DNA of 62,347 nucleotides, filler included. It is 12 parts of 12 records of this genome, joined end to end, with 100 filler letters (N's around TTAATTAATTAA, not from the genome) between each part and the next. Parts side by side here need not be neighbours in the genome. Positions count along the whole stretch, not along the records: positions 21,210 to 26,986 come from SRR15195285_5239; positions 27,087 to 31,407 come from SRR15195285_5241; positions 31,508 to 38,862 come from SRR15195285_5242; 9 more parts are not named here. One strand, written 5' to 3'. The translations under genes were made by a program, and so were the position numbers. The notes beneath the pieces are model-generated. The model had not been told where the DNA came from and did no database searches. It was given only the letters and a program-made list of their open reading frames with translations. Shown here in pieces: positions 24,301-37,300 of the stretch; the stretch's first letter is position 1; the number at the start of each line of letters is the position of its first letter.

Positions 24301-24786
24301 GCACACGAGATACTGACAGCGCGGTGTGTGAGGTGATCATGGACGTGGACTTGATCGGTGGTGATATCTCACCCCATGGTGAGTACCTCAAAACGCCGAC
24401 TCAAAGCACACGTGCCATTTCCGGAGAGACAAGTGCACAGGCAGACAGATACAACGCTGAATTTTGGTTTGCTACATGACGTCACTGTGTTGACTGACGG
24501 CCTGGTGTGTGCAGGGGCAACGGCGTCCAGCTGGATGCAGTGTTGTGACCTTTGCGATGCCGCGTCTTCAAGTGGGTGTAAAGCATGGACCTATGTACCA
24601 ACCGAGTCAATGTGCTGGCTCAAAAGCAGTCCGACCGGGTCGAAAGAGCGCCTGGGACTTGTGTCAGGCGTGGCTCCAGGAGCCACCTTGCACAACGACA
24701 AGACAGGGACGACGCGGTATGCAGAGAAAGAGGAAGGGATGCTAGGCTATATTCGATCGCTGCTGCTCGGAAAGGAGGAGCTGTAA
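21334..24786 (+). CDS. GH20 beta-N-acetylhexosaminidase with an N-terminal Cys module, C-terminal PAN/apple domain and KEEL ER-retention signal
   Basis: Introns 21465-21571, 22574-22636, 22841-22918, 24099-24203 and 24379-24514. Motifs PRFPWRGVLIDVARHF, NVLHLHLTDDQGW, catalytic HIGGDE, GAEACAWSE, FPRL; apple pattern CCDLC...CKAWTY...CWLKS...LVSG. Confidence 0.92.
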
Positions 24787-25007
24787 AGCCTACGATCACA
24801 TGGATCTCAGTGCTGTACTAGCTATGGTTGAAGTCACCACGGTCCCACGGAGGCCTCATGGAAGCTGCACGATTGGTCCAAAATGCAAATGTGTGAATGG
24901 AGAACGACATAGTTCCCTTTTTGCTGAGGCAACTACCATCAGCACGTTGCAACATTACGACACGCGGACGCCACGACAGCCAAGCGTGAGCCATTGTGTT
25001 GTCCACT

Positions 25008-26801
25008 TCAAAGCTCAAACGTGATCTCATCCTGGTACGGAACCTGCTTGATTTTCCCATCTTCTTCGAACTGCAACACTGTCCAGTAAAGCAAGTCATG
25101 CATGCGAGGGCCCGGCGGTGTCTCGGACAGCCCACTGTTCCACTGATTGCCCTGTGGCAAAAAAGAAATTCATAGCATCAGGGATTGAACGACGCAGCAT
25201 GAAAGCGGGAAAGCGGAAAAGAGGCAACCAGCCCGCGACTTACCATCCAGATGTACTGCGCGTCACCACCACTCGCAGGCTGTACCTCAAAGACGGCGCT
25301 GGCCTGGGCTTTGGTGACTGCGGGCACCACGACAGACCAACGCTAGAAGTTGACGGTGAATCCACAATCTACGATGTGTAGCATGTAGGGAAAACAGAAT
25401 GAACGTACCGTAGTTGTCAGGCGAATGCGGGTCAAACTTGTGTCCTGGACGAGAGCCAACATCACCTGCAAATGTCCACGGCCCTTTCATACTGTCGGCC
25501 ATCTGAACATAGATTGTGCTGCCACCGATGCAGGCACAGCAACCAGTACCAGAGAGCACGTAGTATTTTCCACCACGTCGAAAGACTACTGGACCCTCAG
25601 CTGTGTGCAGAACGAAATCAAAGTTCGATGGTGAGGTCGCAAGTCCGCAAATGGCAATGCAAAAGTCAGCCCAGAAAGCTGTTGGACAAGAGTGCAACCA
25701 CAACCATAGAGGGCACTGTAAAGACGTGACGTACAGGCTTTGGGAGTCCGGAAGCTGCTCATGTGCTCGCCTGGTCCAGTGTAGTCGTCGTTCAGCTTGA
25801 CAACGTCGAAACCAGTGCGAATATGGTAGGCGCTGCCATCCTCATCGACGAATATGTCATAGTCACCAGTGCGACCTTTCCCAGGCATCGCCACGTTGTA
25901 GTGCGTGACTTCAAATGGACCGGCTGGGGTCGACGACTGCGCGACAGTGTAACCAGACAGCCCAGGGCCACGATCCTCGAAGTACATGACAAACATCTTG
26001 TTCTTGGCATTGTAGACGACATGCGGGCGGAACTCGATTCCAAACTTTCGTGCGTTCAGTGGCAGCGCGACGCCGAGATTATTGAATGCCTTAAAGTCTT
26101 TCGTGCTGTACGCCTGCACGGTGTGGTAGAACCCGTACCTGCACCCAGACCGCCGGAGCCACGCGTGCGGCCGAAAGTACTGTGTCAACCTCGGTCTACT
26201 AAATACTGGCAATACTACCCAGTCGCAAAGCTGCGTCGGGGGGAGGGGCGATCGATAAGCGCCGTAGGCTTCATGGGAATTGGTCGGCTCACGGATTGGA
26301 GGTGTTGACCAGCGAGGACGAATCGCCTGTCGCATTGCCGTTTCCGCAACCTGCGATGTATGGCGTCGGTGGGCTGCACCCGGAGCCAGGCAAACCACAG
26401 GCACGGGGACTGCTTCAGTTGCAGCGGCCGGCTGCAGGGCACCAATTTCGTTCCTGCCCTGCGCACACAACAGCGAGCGCACGCAGTACAGAGTGCAGGG
26501 CTGCGGCATACCTCGCAAAGCAGCAGGTCGCACAGCCAGCGGCAGTCTTGCAGCAGTCGACGCCAGGGCAGGGTCCCCAGTTGTTGAAGTAGAGGTAGTA
26601 GGTGTCGTTGTGCTTGAGAACGTCCGCCTCGCCGGTGATGAGCTTCTGTCCATATTGGTCCGTTGGGAGCGCCACATTCGAGAGCTTCACAGTGGCGGCC
26701 TCCACGCCGATCGGAGCCAGTTGGCAGCAAGCAAGGCAGTAGCAGGCAGCGGCCGCCGCCCGCGGGAGAAATCCAGAGCCATGAGAGAGCACGCGCAACA
26801 T
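25008..26801 (-). CDS. Secreted GH43-like five-bladed beta-propeller glycoside hydrolase (resembles subfamily 24 galactanase types); multi-exon
   Basis: Signal-like leader. Motifs TYYLY, YSTKDF, FRPHVVYNAKNKMFVMY, VAQSSTPAGPF, GDYDIFVDEDGSAY, LNDDY, EGPVVFRRGGKYY, GPW, QYIWMGNQW, LYWTVLQF; stop after ITFEL. The subfamily is inference. Confidence 0.82.
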
Positions 26802-27142
26802 TCTCAGCCGCTTCGTCTCTGAGCCTAGCTCTACAGTCGGCACTAGTCTCTAGCTACCTACTAGTAGGGCTCTCTCTTCTCGCTCGCACCGGCGCCGCCG
26901 CGCGAAACCGCGGAAACCAACATAATGAATATTGTTACCAGAAAACGCGATTTCATTTTAAGTTACACAACACTGGGTGCGAGTAANNNNNNNNNNNNNN
27001 NNNNNNNNNNNNNNNNNNNNNNNNNNNNNNTTAATTAATTAANNNNNNNNNNNNNNNNNNNNNNNNNNNNNNNNNNNNNNNNNNNNCAGGGGCGGTTCTG
27101 TGTGGCGATCGGCCGTGCTGTCTCATACACTGTGGTTTGACG

Positions 27143-30100
27143 ATGCCTCCGCTGCAGCGGATGGCGTCGTCGGACAAGCCGGCGACGGTGGGTCAGCCGA
27201 TCCGGTTCGTGCTGAGCCCGCGGGACGACCCGCGGACGGAGCAGTACCGGCGCGTGGCGCTGCTCAAGAAGGGCCTGCCTTTTCTGGAAGGCTTGCCGCC
27301 GGCCGACTTGAAGGTGCTGGCCGAGAAGGGCCTGCCGTACCGGTACGAGCCGGGGCAGAAGGTCTGCTGCCAAGGCGACACGCTGGAGACAGAGCCGGGC
27401 GGCGCGTTCGCCATCTACGTAGTCGAGAAGGGGAACCCGCAGGCGTTCATCGAGGGCGTGGGGCGTGTGCATGAGTACGCGGTGGGCGAAGCGTTCGGCG
27501 AGCTGGCGCCGCTCACGAACCAGCCGCGGGCGACTTCGGTGCAGATTAACCTCACGGCCAAGCAGCCAGCAGAGCTGATGGTTTTTCCTGGAGAGGCCGT
27601 CCAAGCCGCCCTGTCCAAGTGGACGGATGACGAGCGCCAGGGGCACTACGACGCGCTGATGAAGGAGTACGCAGAAGCGCGAGCCGTACGGGACGACCCT
27701 CGCCTCGTCGCGGAGATTAAAGAGCTATGGAACATCATGGTGTGCCACCTCCGGTCCGACCGCCTTTCGCGCATGCCTGTGCACTAATCTGACGCGGTCG
27801 TCTTGGCGTGCTAGGTGGAGGAGTCAAAACGCCTCAGCGGTCGCGATTTGAATGGCATGGTGACGCGGGAGGCATACATTGCGCTCCACCTGCGAGTGGG
27901 CAGAGCACTGCAGTCCGATTTCGACGTGCAGGCCTCGGAGAACAACGCCAACATGGACTGGGCTGAAGACATTACCGCATTCTCTGGAGAAGGTGCGCCG
28001 TCGCACACCCTCAACCGCACATGCACTGGTCGTGCCTGCCGCAGCCGTGTCTGACTGTTGACGCCGTGTCTGACGTCCCGGCAGATGCGGCCAGCATTTG
28101 GCTCGAGGAGGTGAAGAAAAAGTTTCATGACGTCGCGAGCAAGGTTGTACTCGAGCTCGGGATGAAGGACTTGTTCGCAAAGTTCGACAGCGACGGCAGT
28201 GGCGATCTCGATTACGCAGAATTCGCGTCTGCAATCCGCGAGGAACTGAAGGTCCAAGAAGCCGTGCTGTCTAACGGTGACTTGCAGCAGATGTTCCGGT
28301 CAATCGACGTCGACAATTCTGGTGAAGTTGATGCGACGGAGTTTGCGGAATGGCTGCTGCATGATACGCCAGACGACATCCGATGGCGCCCAATGAAACG
28401 AAAGTTCGAGGACTCAGCTGGCGCTGCGGTGCAAAAAGTGGGATGGGGCAAATTGTTTGCTCGGTACGACACAGACGGATCAGGTGACCTGGATTTCAAC
28501 GAGTTTGCTTCCGCAGTGCGCAAGGACTGCGACATAAACGAAGATGTTGTGAGCGACGAGGATCTGAAGACCATGTTCGACGCTGTGGACGCCGACGGGT
28601 CCGGCGAGATGGATGCGGAAGAATTTCGCGAGTTCATTGAGTCTAACGCCCTCGCGCAGGACATGGCGTTCGAGATTTTCTACGAGGCAATGTTTCAGCT
28701 AGCGGAACTGTGGGTGTCGAAGGAGGACGCTGCCCAGTTCACGTCGTTTTTCGCGCAGCTCCGGGGGCGCATCTCAGACTGGGTGGTGGACACTGATGGC
28801 GTGAAGAAGCAGTTGCTGCGTGGCATTCGGACTGAGGTGGATGCGAACGGCCATCAGGTGTACATTCTTACCGACGTACAGCTGATAGAACCCTTCGTGA
28901 ACGATGAGGTGTGTGTCTCTGCATGTGTACTTGTTTTCTCCTGCAGATCTGCTCGCCAGTTTCAAAAACTGATCGTCGCGGTGTTATGGCTGTTGCCCAC
29001 CACAGGGAGAGACTAAAATGGAGGGTTTGGACCTCAAAGACCCAATGGCGACTTCATCAGAAGAGGAGGAAGAGGACGAGGAACCGGAGCCTGAGCCCGA
29101 ACCCAAGCCAGAGCCAGAGCCCGAGTCACCCCCAAGACGGGGCAATCCTCTTGTTGTGCCAGAGCTGGTAAGCCCCTTTCCACACAACACCGCAGGTTTT
29201 ACAGGCAGGCGTGGGACTGAATCGCTTACATGACGTTGCAGGAGCTCCCGCGTGCAAAAACACCTCCGCCGGAGGGTCCTAGCGAGAAGGACCTGCGATT
29301 GCAAGCAATGAGGGAGCATGAGGCAAAGGGCGACGCCGAGGAGAAGCCGTGGAGCGTTCTCAAGCAGACAGAGTACGAAGAAGCGCTGGGATATGCGGAT
29401 GGGAACCTCGACAAAAAGCGCATTCAGGCCAAATTAAAGGAGGTGGGAGAGCAAATTGCTGCCGAGAAAGCGAGGAAACGTCTGGCGAGGCAAGCCCTCG
29501 CTGATGAGGCTGAGGCGGCACGCAAGGCTGCGGAAGCCCGGCGCAAGGCCGAGGAGGAAGCCGCACGGCTGGCTGCGATGCAGGAAGAGCTTGCACGAAG
29601 AAGAGCTGTAGCGAACACCGCGCAGGAACAGGAGGAGGAACATCCCTACGAAGGCCGAAAGCGTCGCCCCCCGTCGCCAAATCCTCGCGGGATATACTTG
29701 TGGGCGTATCTGTACTCGGAGGTCTGCCAGAAGGTGCCGCTGCCGAAGGTGGAGGCAACGTTCCTGGAGGTAGATGAACAGCATGATGGGACTGGGGCGC
29801 TAGAGCGGGAGCAGCTGCTCACTGTGTGCGAACTGCTCGGGCTCGTGCACGAGGACCCTGTGGTGCGCCGCACCGTTGTTTCTGTACCCTCTGCATGTTC
29901 GTTGTGCCTGTCGATTTGTCGTGAGTGTACTTTGTGCTTTGGATTGTGTTGATGACTGAGGCCATGGTGCGCTGTGCGACTCTGCAGGCTGAAGTCAAAA
30001 TGATGGACGACATGTTCCGCCACGCCCGCAATAGCTATGCTCGGGGCGTTAAGACCAAGCCAAATGCCCAGAACTATGGCATCAGGGTGAACCTAGTGTC

Positions 30101-31347
30101 GTTCATTGAATGGTGGAAGTCTAACCGTCGGAAGCCGCGCAAGGAGATCAAGCCCACGATCATGGAGTCGTGGATCAAGCAGAACCCGCACACACAGCCT
30201 GGAATCAAGAGACGTGTGCGTTCCGCCATTCAGCAGGAGTGCTTCCCGTCGCATCGAGGGCACATCGAGCCCTCACCGGTGTGGTCAGAGGACGCTTTAG
30301 GCGACCCTGCCGTCGCACCCATGCCTCCGGTAAGTTATCCTAAGTGGTGCTCATGCCGCCCGGCTTGTCAGCCATGATGAAAGGAGGCCCTGATGATCCC
30401 AACTCTGTGATTCGTTTTTCAGGGTGATACTTGGGGTCGACCTGTAGAGGCTGTGATGGCCCCGCAGCCGAAGCCTTCACCATCCCCTCCGCAGCATCCG
30501 TGTGCCAACCCGACCGGTGAGACATTGTGCTATCGGCATTAGATGACTTTCTGCTACCTCCGCTTGCACTGCATTCTCGATCTCACTGCTGCCTCTGCGC
30601 CTTTGAGGCCGATCAGATGGCTCGCCCCGTGGCGGACGGAGCATCAGAGCAGACAAGAGCCCCGCGACATTAAAGCAGCAGCGCGACACACCGGAACTCT
30701 TTTCTGCTGGCTTCGGTCATATCATCCCTCGCGCCAACAACGGAATTGGTAGCAAGATGGTCATACAGCCACGCATCAAGCTTCCCGCAGTCCCAGGCGC
30801 CTCCCCGCGCGCAATGGACACGTTGGGACCCTCTGCCGACGAGTTCGGGAGTGAAGCAGACAGCGCGTTCGAAATGGGCGATTTGGCGCAGCAGGTGGAG
30901 CGTCCGCCAGCACGTCGTGTGACTGGAGAGCTTCTGTCGCCGTGGCAAGTGCGTTTGCGACGGAAGCGGCTGGCGGAAGTGGCTGCATCGGCGCGAGCGG
31001 ACGAAGGGGCAGCTTCAGCAGCAGCGGTCGCTGCGCGAGAGGCACAGCGGAAGTGGGTTCCTGCCTCCGCCGTGGACGCACCACTGGATCCCCGGCTGGA
31101 GGCAAGGGTGTCAGCAAGAGATCGCGCGCCGAAGTCGACGGCCGTTGACACCCTGGTACTCCAGAATGGCGTGTTGGGTGCTACATCTCTGAATGGCGAG
31201 TCGCATGCGATGCGCGCACTGAAAGCGGGGACGCTGAAGCAAGCAAAGCGGCTCAAAGCACGCGCACGCGCAGACGAGCGACGTGACGCGCAGCGAGAGA
31301 GCCAGGAAACAGCGCTAACACGGCTAACAAGCAGGGCGCCGTACTGA
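27143..31347 (+). CDS. Multi-exon signalling protein: cyclic-nucleotide-binding domain, multiple EF-hands, coiled coil; 5' end uncertain
   Basis: cNMP motif QGD...IYVVEKG...GEAFGELAPLTNQPRATSV. Canonical EF loops DSDGSGDLDYAE, DVDNSGEVDATE, DTDGSGDLDFNE, DADGSGEMDAEE. Introns include 27740-27814, 27993-28084 and 28909-29006. Confidence 0.85.
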
Positions 31348-31609
31348 GCAGCGCTTCGCCCATGGTCACCGGGTCGATGTGTCGTGTGCACGCTACGCGT
31401 TCTGTTGNNNNNNNNNNNNNNNNNNNNNNNNNNNNNNNNNNNNNNNNNNNNTTAATTAATTAANNNNNNNNNNNNNNNNNNNNNNNNNNNNNNNNNNNNN
31501 NNNNNNNAGAGAGAGAGAGAGAGAGAGACAGAGAGAGCGCGCGCTGCAGACTGCACAAGAGAAGGCAGTGATTGTATGGTGTTGACTACTGACCGAGCTG
31601 ATTTCGCAG

Positions 31610-34177
31610 GTGGCGGCCCGTGCGAAGGCGGCGATGGCGGAGCATACGCGGGAGCTGCAGGGGAGAGTGGAGAAGGCAGATCGGCAGAGGGAGATGGCGG
31701 AGTCACGGGTGGCGGAGCTGCAGGCCGCGCTCCGGGCACGGGATACAGAGCTGGTGCAGGCGCGGGAGGAGACGAGCCAATCACGTGCCGCGTTGAAGCG
31801 AAGTCAGGCGTCTGCGGCAAGCACAGTTCGAGCAGAGACACAGGAGCAGCTCGGCAATGCTGCTTCCGCAGAGGCTCTCCGATCGGAGCTGGCTGCATCG
31901 CACACTAGGTGCGAGGAGCTGGACGCGTCACTGCACGCCGCCGACGTACGGGCGCGGAATGCGGAGCTCGAGTGGGGATCAAAATGCAGCGACCTCGAGG
32001 CGATGCTCAGCGATGAGCAAGCGAAGCGAAAGTCCGCCGAGAGCGCGCTGCAGCAGATGCGTGGCAGAGTCGGTGAACTCTCGAGCGCGAATGCGATGGC
32101 GCGCAATGAGGTGGGGGAGACTTCACGGTGTCACCGTGCAGAGATGCAGGCGTTGAGAGAGAGCCTGCACAGCGAAGTACTTGCCGAGCAGGCTGAGCGT
32201 GAGAATGCTGGTAAACGTGAGACGCAACTGCGGATGCAACTGGAGCGAGCGGGTCAAGAGCTGGCTCAGACTAAGGCTGCTCTTTCGCGTACTGTGGAGG
32301 CACACGCGCGTGCGCAAGGCGACACGAAGTCTTTTTCAGAGGACGCATTGCTGCAAGAGAGCATGCGGGTCAAATCGGCCGAGCTCAACGCAACACGCGC
32401 CCGCCAGGCTTTGGCTGATAAAGAAGATGAGCTCGCCCAAGTTTCGGCGCAGCTGCAGGACGTGATGGCGGAGCTGTCACAAGCACACGACGAGGCCACA
32501 AGTTTTCATTCGAGCTCGCATAGCAAGACGAGGGAGCTCGAGGCGCAAGTGCGAGAGGTAGAGAAGCGGTCTGTGGCACGCGAGCAAGAGTGGGTTGAGA
32601 AAACCGGGGATATTGTGGCGCAGGCCGCCACGCTGAAACAAGAGCGTGACGCGCTGCAGGCAGAAGTAGCCGATGTACACAGCTTGCGCGAATCGGAGAC
32701 CACCACAGCGGCTGCGCTTCGTGCAGAGGCAACGTCATACCAGAACGAGCTAGCCAACGCGCGGGCGTCGGTAAATGAAGCTGTGGAAGCAGGGGTACGA
32801 GCAAGAGAGGTGCTCCGCGAGCAGCTCGGAGGCCAGATCAGCAGTCTCAAATTGGAGCTGCAGGACGCAAGGGCACGCACACAAGCGGCGGAGCGTGATG
32901 CGCAGACGGCGTGAGTAGTCTGCCCCCCCCGTCTATCTCTCTCTCTGTGTGTGTGGGGGAGGGGGGCGTGCCTGGTTGCGTGGGTAGTCGTATCACGCGC
33001 TAAGGCCAGTGTGCATGTGCGCATTGTGTGGTGCAGACGTGCTGAACTGGCGCGCACCCTCAACTCGCTGGAGGTCGCCCAACGCTCTCTTGAGGAGCAG
33101 AGGCGCCTCTCCGCAGAGAACGCCGCGTCACTGCGTACCGCAGCCACATCAGCAGACAGCAGATTCGCCGATGTGTCGGAGCACTGCGAAGCGCTCAAGG
33201 GCGAGAGAGACAAAGCTTTGCGGCAGGTTGAGTCTAGCGTAGCACGGATACAAACGGTACTACCGCACCTTTCTCTTTGCTTCTACTCGCGCAGCCTTCT
33301 CAGCCATGTTGACTTCCATCTCTCTTCTTGACAATACAAACTACGAAGAACAGCACAAACTAACTGGTAGTGCTGCGGTGGTGGACTGGAATGAATGCTT
33401 GTGACTGCCATCTCAGCTTTCAACAGAGCGCAACTTGTCCGCGAAAGCCGCGCGTGAATCTGTGGAAGCTGCCGAGCGGAAGTGTGCGTTGCAGACAGAA
33501 GCGCTGGCGCGCAGCGAGGCGCGAGCTGCAGCTGCCGAGAGTAGACTTCAAGCAGCAGCAGAGGATGCAGAGGCTGCGCGTGAGGAGGATAAGGAAGCGA
33601 TCCGTCGCGCGGCCGCAATTCGTGAAAGCTTGGAGGCGGAGGTGAGCCTGACTACATAACAAGCCTCACCAGCTGGTCGCATCAGCTGTCGACTGTATCT
33701 GCACAGTCGTTTTCCAGAACAAAGTAGGTTGTACCTTTCATCAGCGCCGACTGTCTGACCTTTTCTCTCTGTCGTGCGTTTGTCCTCTCGCTTGCATTGC
33801 AGGTCGACGGGCTGAAAGCAGACACAGAAGGTCTGGAACAGCTCAACGCGGCACTCAGATCACAAGTGGTTGTCGTGGAGACCGAGGCGCGCCGGCTACA
33901 GCTGCGCTTTGCACAAGCGTCGGCCAGGCTCGGCGTGCCCCTGTCATCTGCGCAACAGACCAAGCTACAAAACGATGTTGACGGGGCGATGCGGAGGCAC
34001 AACAGTGTGGCCGCCGCCAACTTGAATCTCCCGCCCAAGGCAAATGCTCCCGCCCCAACATCTGCGACGGCAGGTTCCGGTGCTGATGGACCACAGGCCC
34101 GTGGCATCGAAGCCGACGGAGCTAGAGGCAAGGTGGAAACTGAAAGTTGGTCCCACTATTACTCCCGGACGCGGTAA
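31610..34177 (+). CDS. Long coiled-coil protein, multi-exon, 5' partial
   Basis: Heptad A/E/R/Q/L-rich ORF pieces 31610-32910, ~33038-33255, ~33430-33640 and ~33803-34177, flanked by GT/AG sites. Confidence 0.75.
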
Positions 34178-34347
34178 TCTATACTGGAGTTGTCGACGCA
34201 CGACAACTCACGTTGCATTTCGGATGACGGAAATGCTGTGTTCGATGTTAATGCAACCACCTGGTACAATGGGACGATGCGCGCATGGGTCCCGGGGTAG
34301 GAGGAATTAGAGAATAGCGGGTTGCATTCATGACACATCAGCTAGTC

Positions 34348-37300
34348 TCACGGCGCCACCAGTTTCGCCATGCCCACCTCACTGTAGGGCAACCAATCGT
34401 CGAGCTTTCCGTCCACCCACACCTCAGTATCCTGCTTGACGACTCTCCTCTTTACGAGAGCTTTGAACTCTTTCACAGTCACCTCCAGCTCGTCGTCGCC
34501 GGACGCGTACCAAATCATACGACCAGGCGGACCGTCGCCGACGTCGTCGATTCCTGCAACACCAGATGACTTCTTCGCAGCACCGCTGCCATTTTTGCCC
34601 GCCACTTTCTCCAGCAGGACGGAACCGTCGCCTGCGTTAGTGCTCACCCAACCCTTCAGTGCGCCGTTGTCGAACCGTACGCGGGTTACACCTTTCTCAT
34701 TCTTGCGCTCCTCCAGCGCGGTAATCGTCTCACCCTTTTTCAAAGTTCCCGCTTTCTTCGTCGACATCTCGAAACCCTCTCGGCAAAGACCGTTCAATGT
34801 GGCCTTGTACTGCGTGCCGCCACTCTTCACGGCAGCGGGTGATTTCGCGCGATTTGCTGCGGCGCCAGGTGATTTCGCACGGTTTGCTACGGCTGTCGCT
34901 TTCGGCGCGCCTCCGCCGCTCTTCCCGACCTCCTCTAGAAGTGGCGTTCCGTCACCGGCCTTGGTGCTGCACCAACCAGTGATCGTGTCGGTTGAGAATC
35001 GCACTCGAGTAATGCCGTTCGGGTTGTCCTTGGTCTCTAGTGCTGTGATGACCTCGCCAGCCTTCAAGGTGCCGGCTTTCGCTGAGTTCATGGCGAAGGC
35101 CGCACGCGCAAGCACGCCGCCCGGGCATACTACCTTGTACTGCTGCTTTGCCGCGCCGGCAGACTTGCCGCCACCGAACAGTCCACCAGCAGGCTGCTCA
35201 TGACAAACACGCATGGTCGGGTCGCAGGCAATGTCAGACAGACTTTGCATGTAGCTAAACAACCTGGCTTGTAGGCAGCAGGTGCACGTATCTGTAGAAG
35301 GGTGGGTGAGCTCACCTTGGCTTTTGACTTGGCTGCTGCGCCTTTGCCTGGAATAGCTGGTGGGCCCTTTCCGCCCGCCTTTGCACCTCCTTTCGGAATC
35401 GCTGGTGGGCCGGCAGGCTTCGGACTCTTAGCTCGATTGGTCGGGATTGCTGGAGGAGGAGTTTTCGCTCGAGTAGCAGCCGTGGGTTCTGGAGTCTTCG
35501 GGCGTGGAGCTGGTGCTGGAGCCGGTTCCGGCGCCGGAGCTGCTGCAGCAGCTGCCGCCAGCTTCTCAGCCCTCTCAGCTTGTTGCCGCTTGGCTTCTGC
35601 GGGGAACGACAATGCAGTGAACACTGGGATCAGAGCAGCATGATCGCAAGGGGTACCAGTCACGCGGGACAGTTTGGCTGTGGCAACAGGCAAGAGGGAA
35701 GATGCCGCACCATCCTCCGCTGCTTTCGCGGCAGCTTCTTGTGCCTGTTTGGCCTTCGCCTCTCCCGCCGCTTCCGCCAACGCCGCTTCCTTTCGTGCTG
35801 CTTCTACGTCAGCCGCCCTTGCTGCTGCAGTGGCCTCTGCTGTTTTTCGCGCCTGAATCTCCTCTTGGGCTTGCAGCTCAAGCACCTTTTTATGAGCCTC
35901 TGCCTCCTGCACACTGCGTTGCGCCTCTGCCACGCTTCGTTCCGCATGATCACGCAGGCGCTCCGTCTCGGCCCGCAGCTGCTTCTCGTTCTCCGTGCTT
36001 CTCTTCTCAGCAGCGATCATCCGCTTCTCTGCCTCCGTCGCCCGGGCCTCCGCTGACTCGACTGCTGTCCTCCAGCGGAGCTCCGCTGCAATCAGCTGCT
36101 CCTTCGCAGCGGTGGCCTCCTTCTCGGCAGCCAGTCTAGCATCAAGCTCACTTTGCGCCAGTGCCTTGGCGTCTTCTGCAGATAGAGAGCCACTTGCTGC
36201 TGCCGCACCAAGCTTCTCCATCACTGTGTCGTACTCAATTTGCACAACGGCATGGGACTGTGCTTCGTCAGTCATCAGCGCTTCCATGAATCCCCACTCG
36301 TCCACAACAGTGGTTGCGTTCTGCTCCAGGGCTTCTGCGACTGCAACCTCAGCTGCCATGGCTGTGCTACGCCATGTCTCCGTCTCTTCCTTTGCAGCCT
36401 TCTCGCTAGCCTCGGCGACCAAACGAGCCCGCTGGTCCTTCTCGCTGGCATTTTCGGCTTGAAGCTTGTCAGCCGTCGCCTCGCGGGCTGAGTCCTCCGC
36501 TGTTGCTTGCACCTTCTCGGCGTGCTCTCTTGCAGCCTCGGCAACAGCGCGAAGCGATACCTCGTCCTGGATGGAAGCTTCCATCCATTGCCATTCCTGC
36601 GCGGGCGTTTCAAACGGAGCGGACGCCATATCGTCCATTGCATTCTCGGCAACGAGTGCTGTCTCGCGCCACGAGGCGGCCTCAGCGATCGCGTCCTGTT
36701 CGTTAGACTCACTGACGAGCTTGGCGCGCTCAGCGACTTCCCTTGCGTCCTCAGCTTCAATGCGCAAACGATTCTCCTCCTCGGCGCGTGCTACAGCCTC
36801 CGCCTGCTTCTCGGTGGCCACGTTCTCGGCAAACACAGCGGAACTTCTAGTCTCGACTTCGTCTTGTGTAATCGATTCCATCCATTGCCACTCGGCTTCA
36901 AACTTGTCAAAAGAGCCGACAGCTTCAGCCGCCGCGTCTTCTGCGGCTGCCGCCTGCTCACGCCACGACGTGGCCTCGTCCTTGTTAGCCTTGGCCAAAG
37001 CCAACGCGTTGAGTCGAGCCTCCTCGCTCTCCTCTTGGGCCAGCTCAGCGCGCTTGCGCGCTTCGGTCTGTTCCTGTAGCTTTGCCACGGTTTTAACGCG
37101 ATCCTGCTCCGCTTGGTCTACAGCCTCGACTGCCATATCGATGATACTGCCGACAACGTCACCGTCAAGGTACACTCCTGCGCGAAGGGCGGACTTAAGC
37201 GATCGAACACCAAGCTCCAGGTTGCCCTCTGTGCGGACGCAGCGCATGAGCTCAGCATACGAGCGGGAATTGAGCTGCACGTCTGGCAGGTCACCCACAA

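Noticed and set aside
27118-27130. ctgtctcatacac as Nextera/Tn5 adapter contamination
   Set aside because: It differs from CTGTCTCTTATACACATCT by an internal deletion and continues into a non-adapter sequence shared with 57635-57657.
30374-30410. Intronic box C/D snoRNA (ATGATGA...CTGA)
   Set aside because: The boxes are too close together, with no terminal box D or closing stem.
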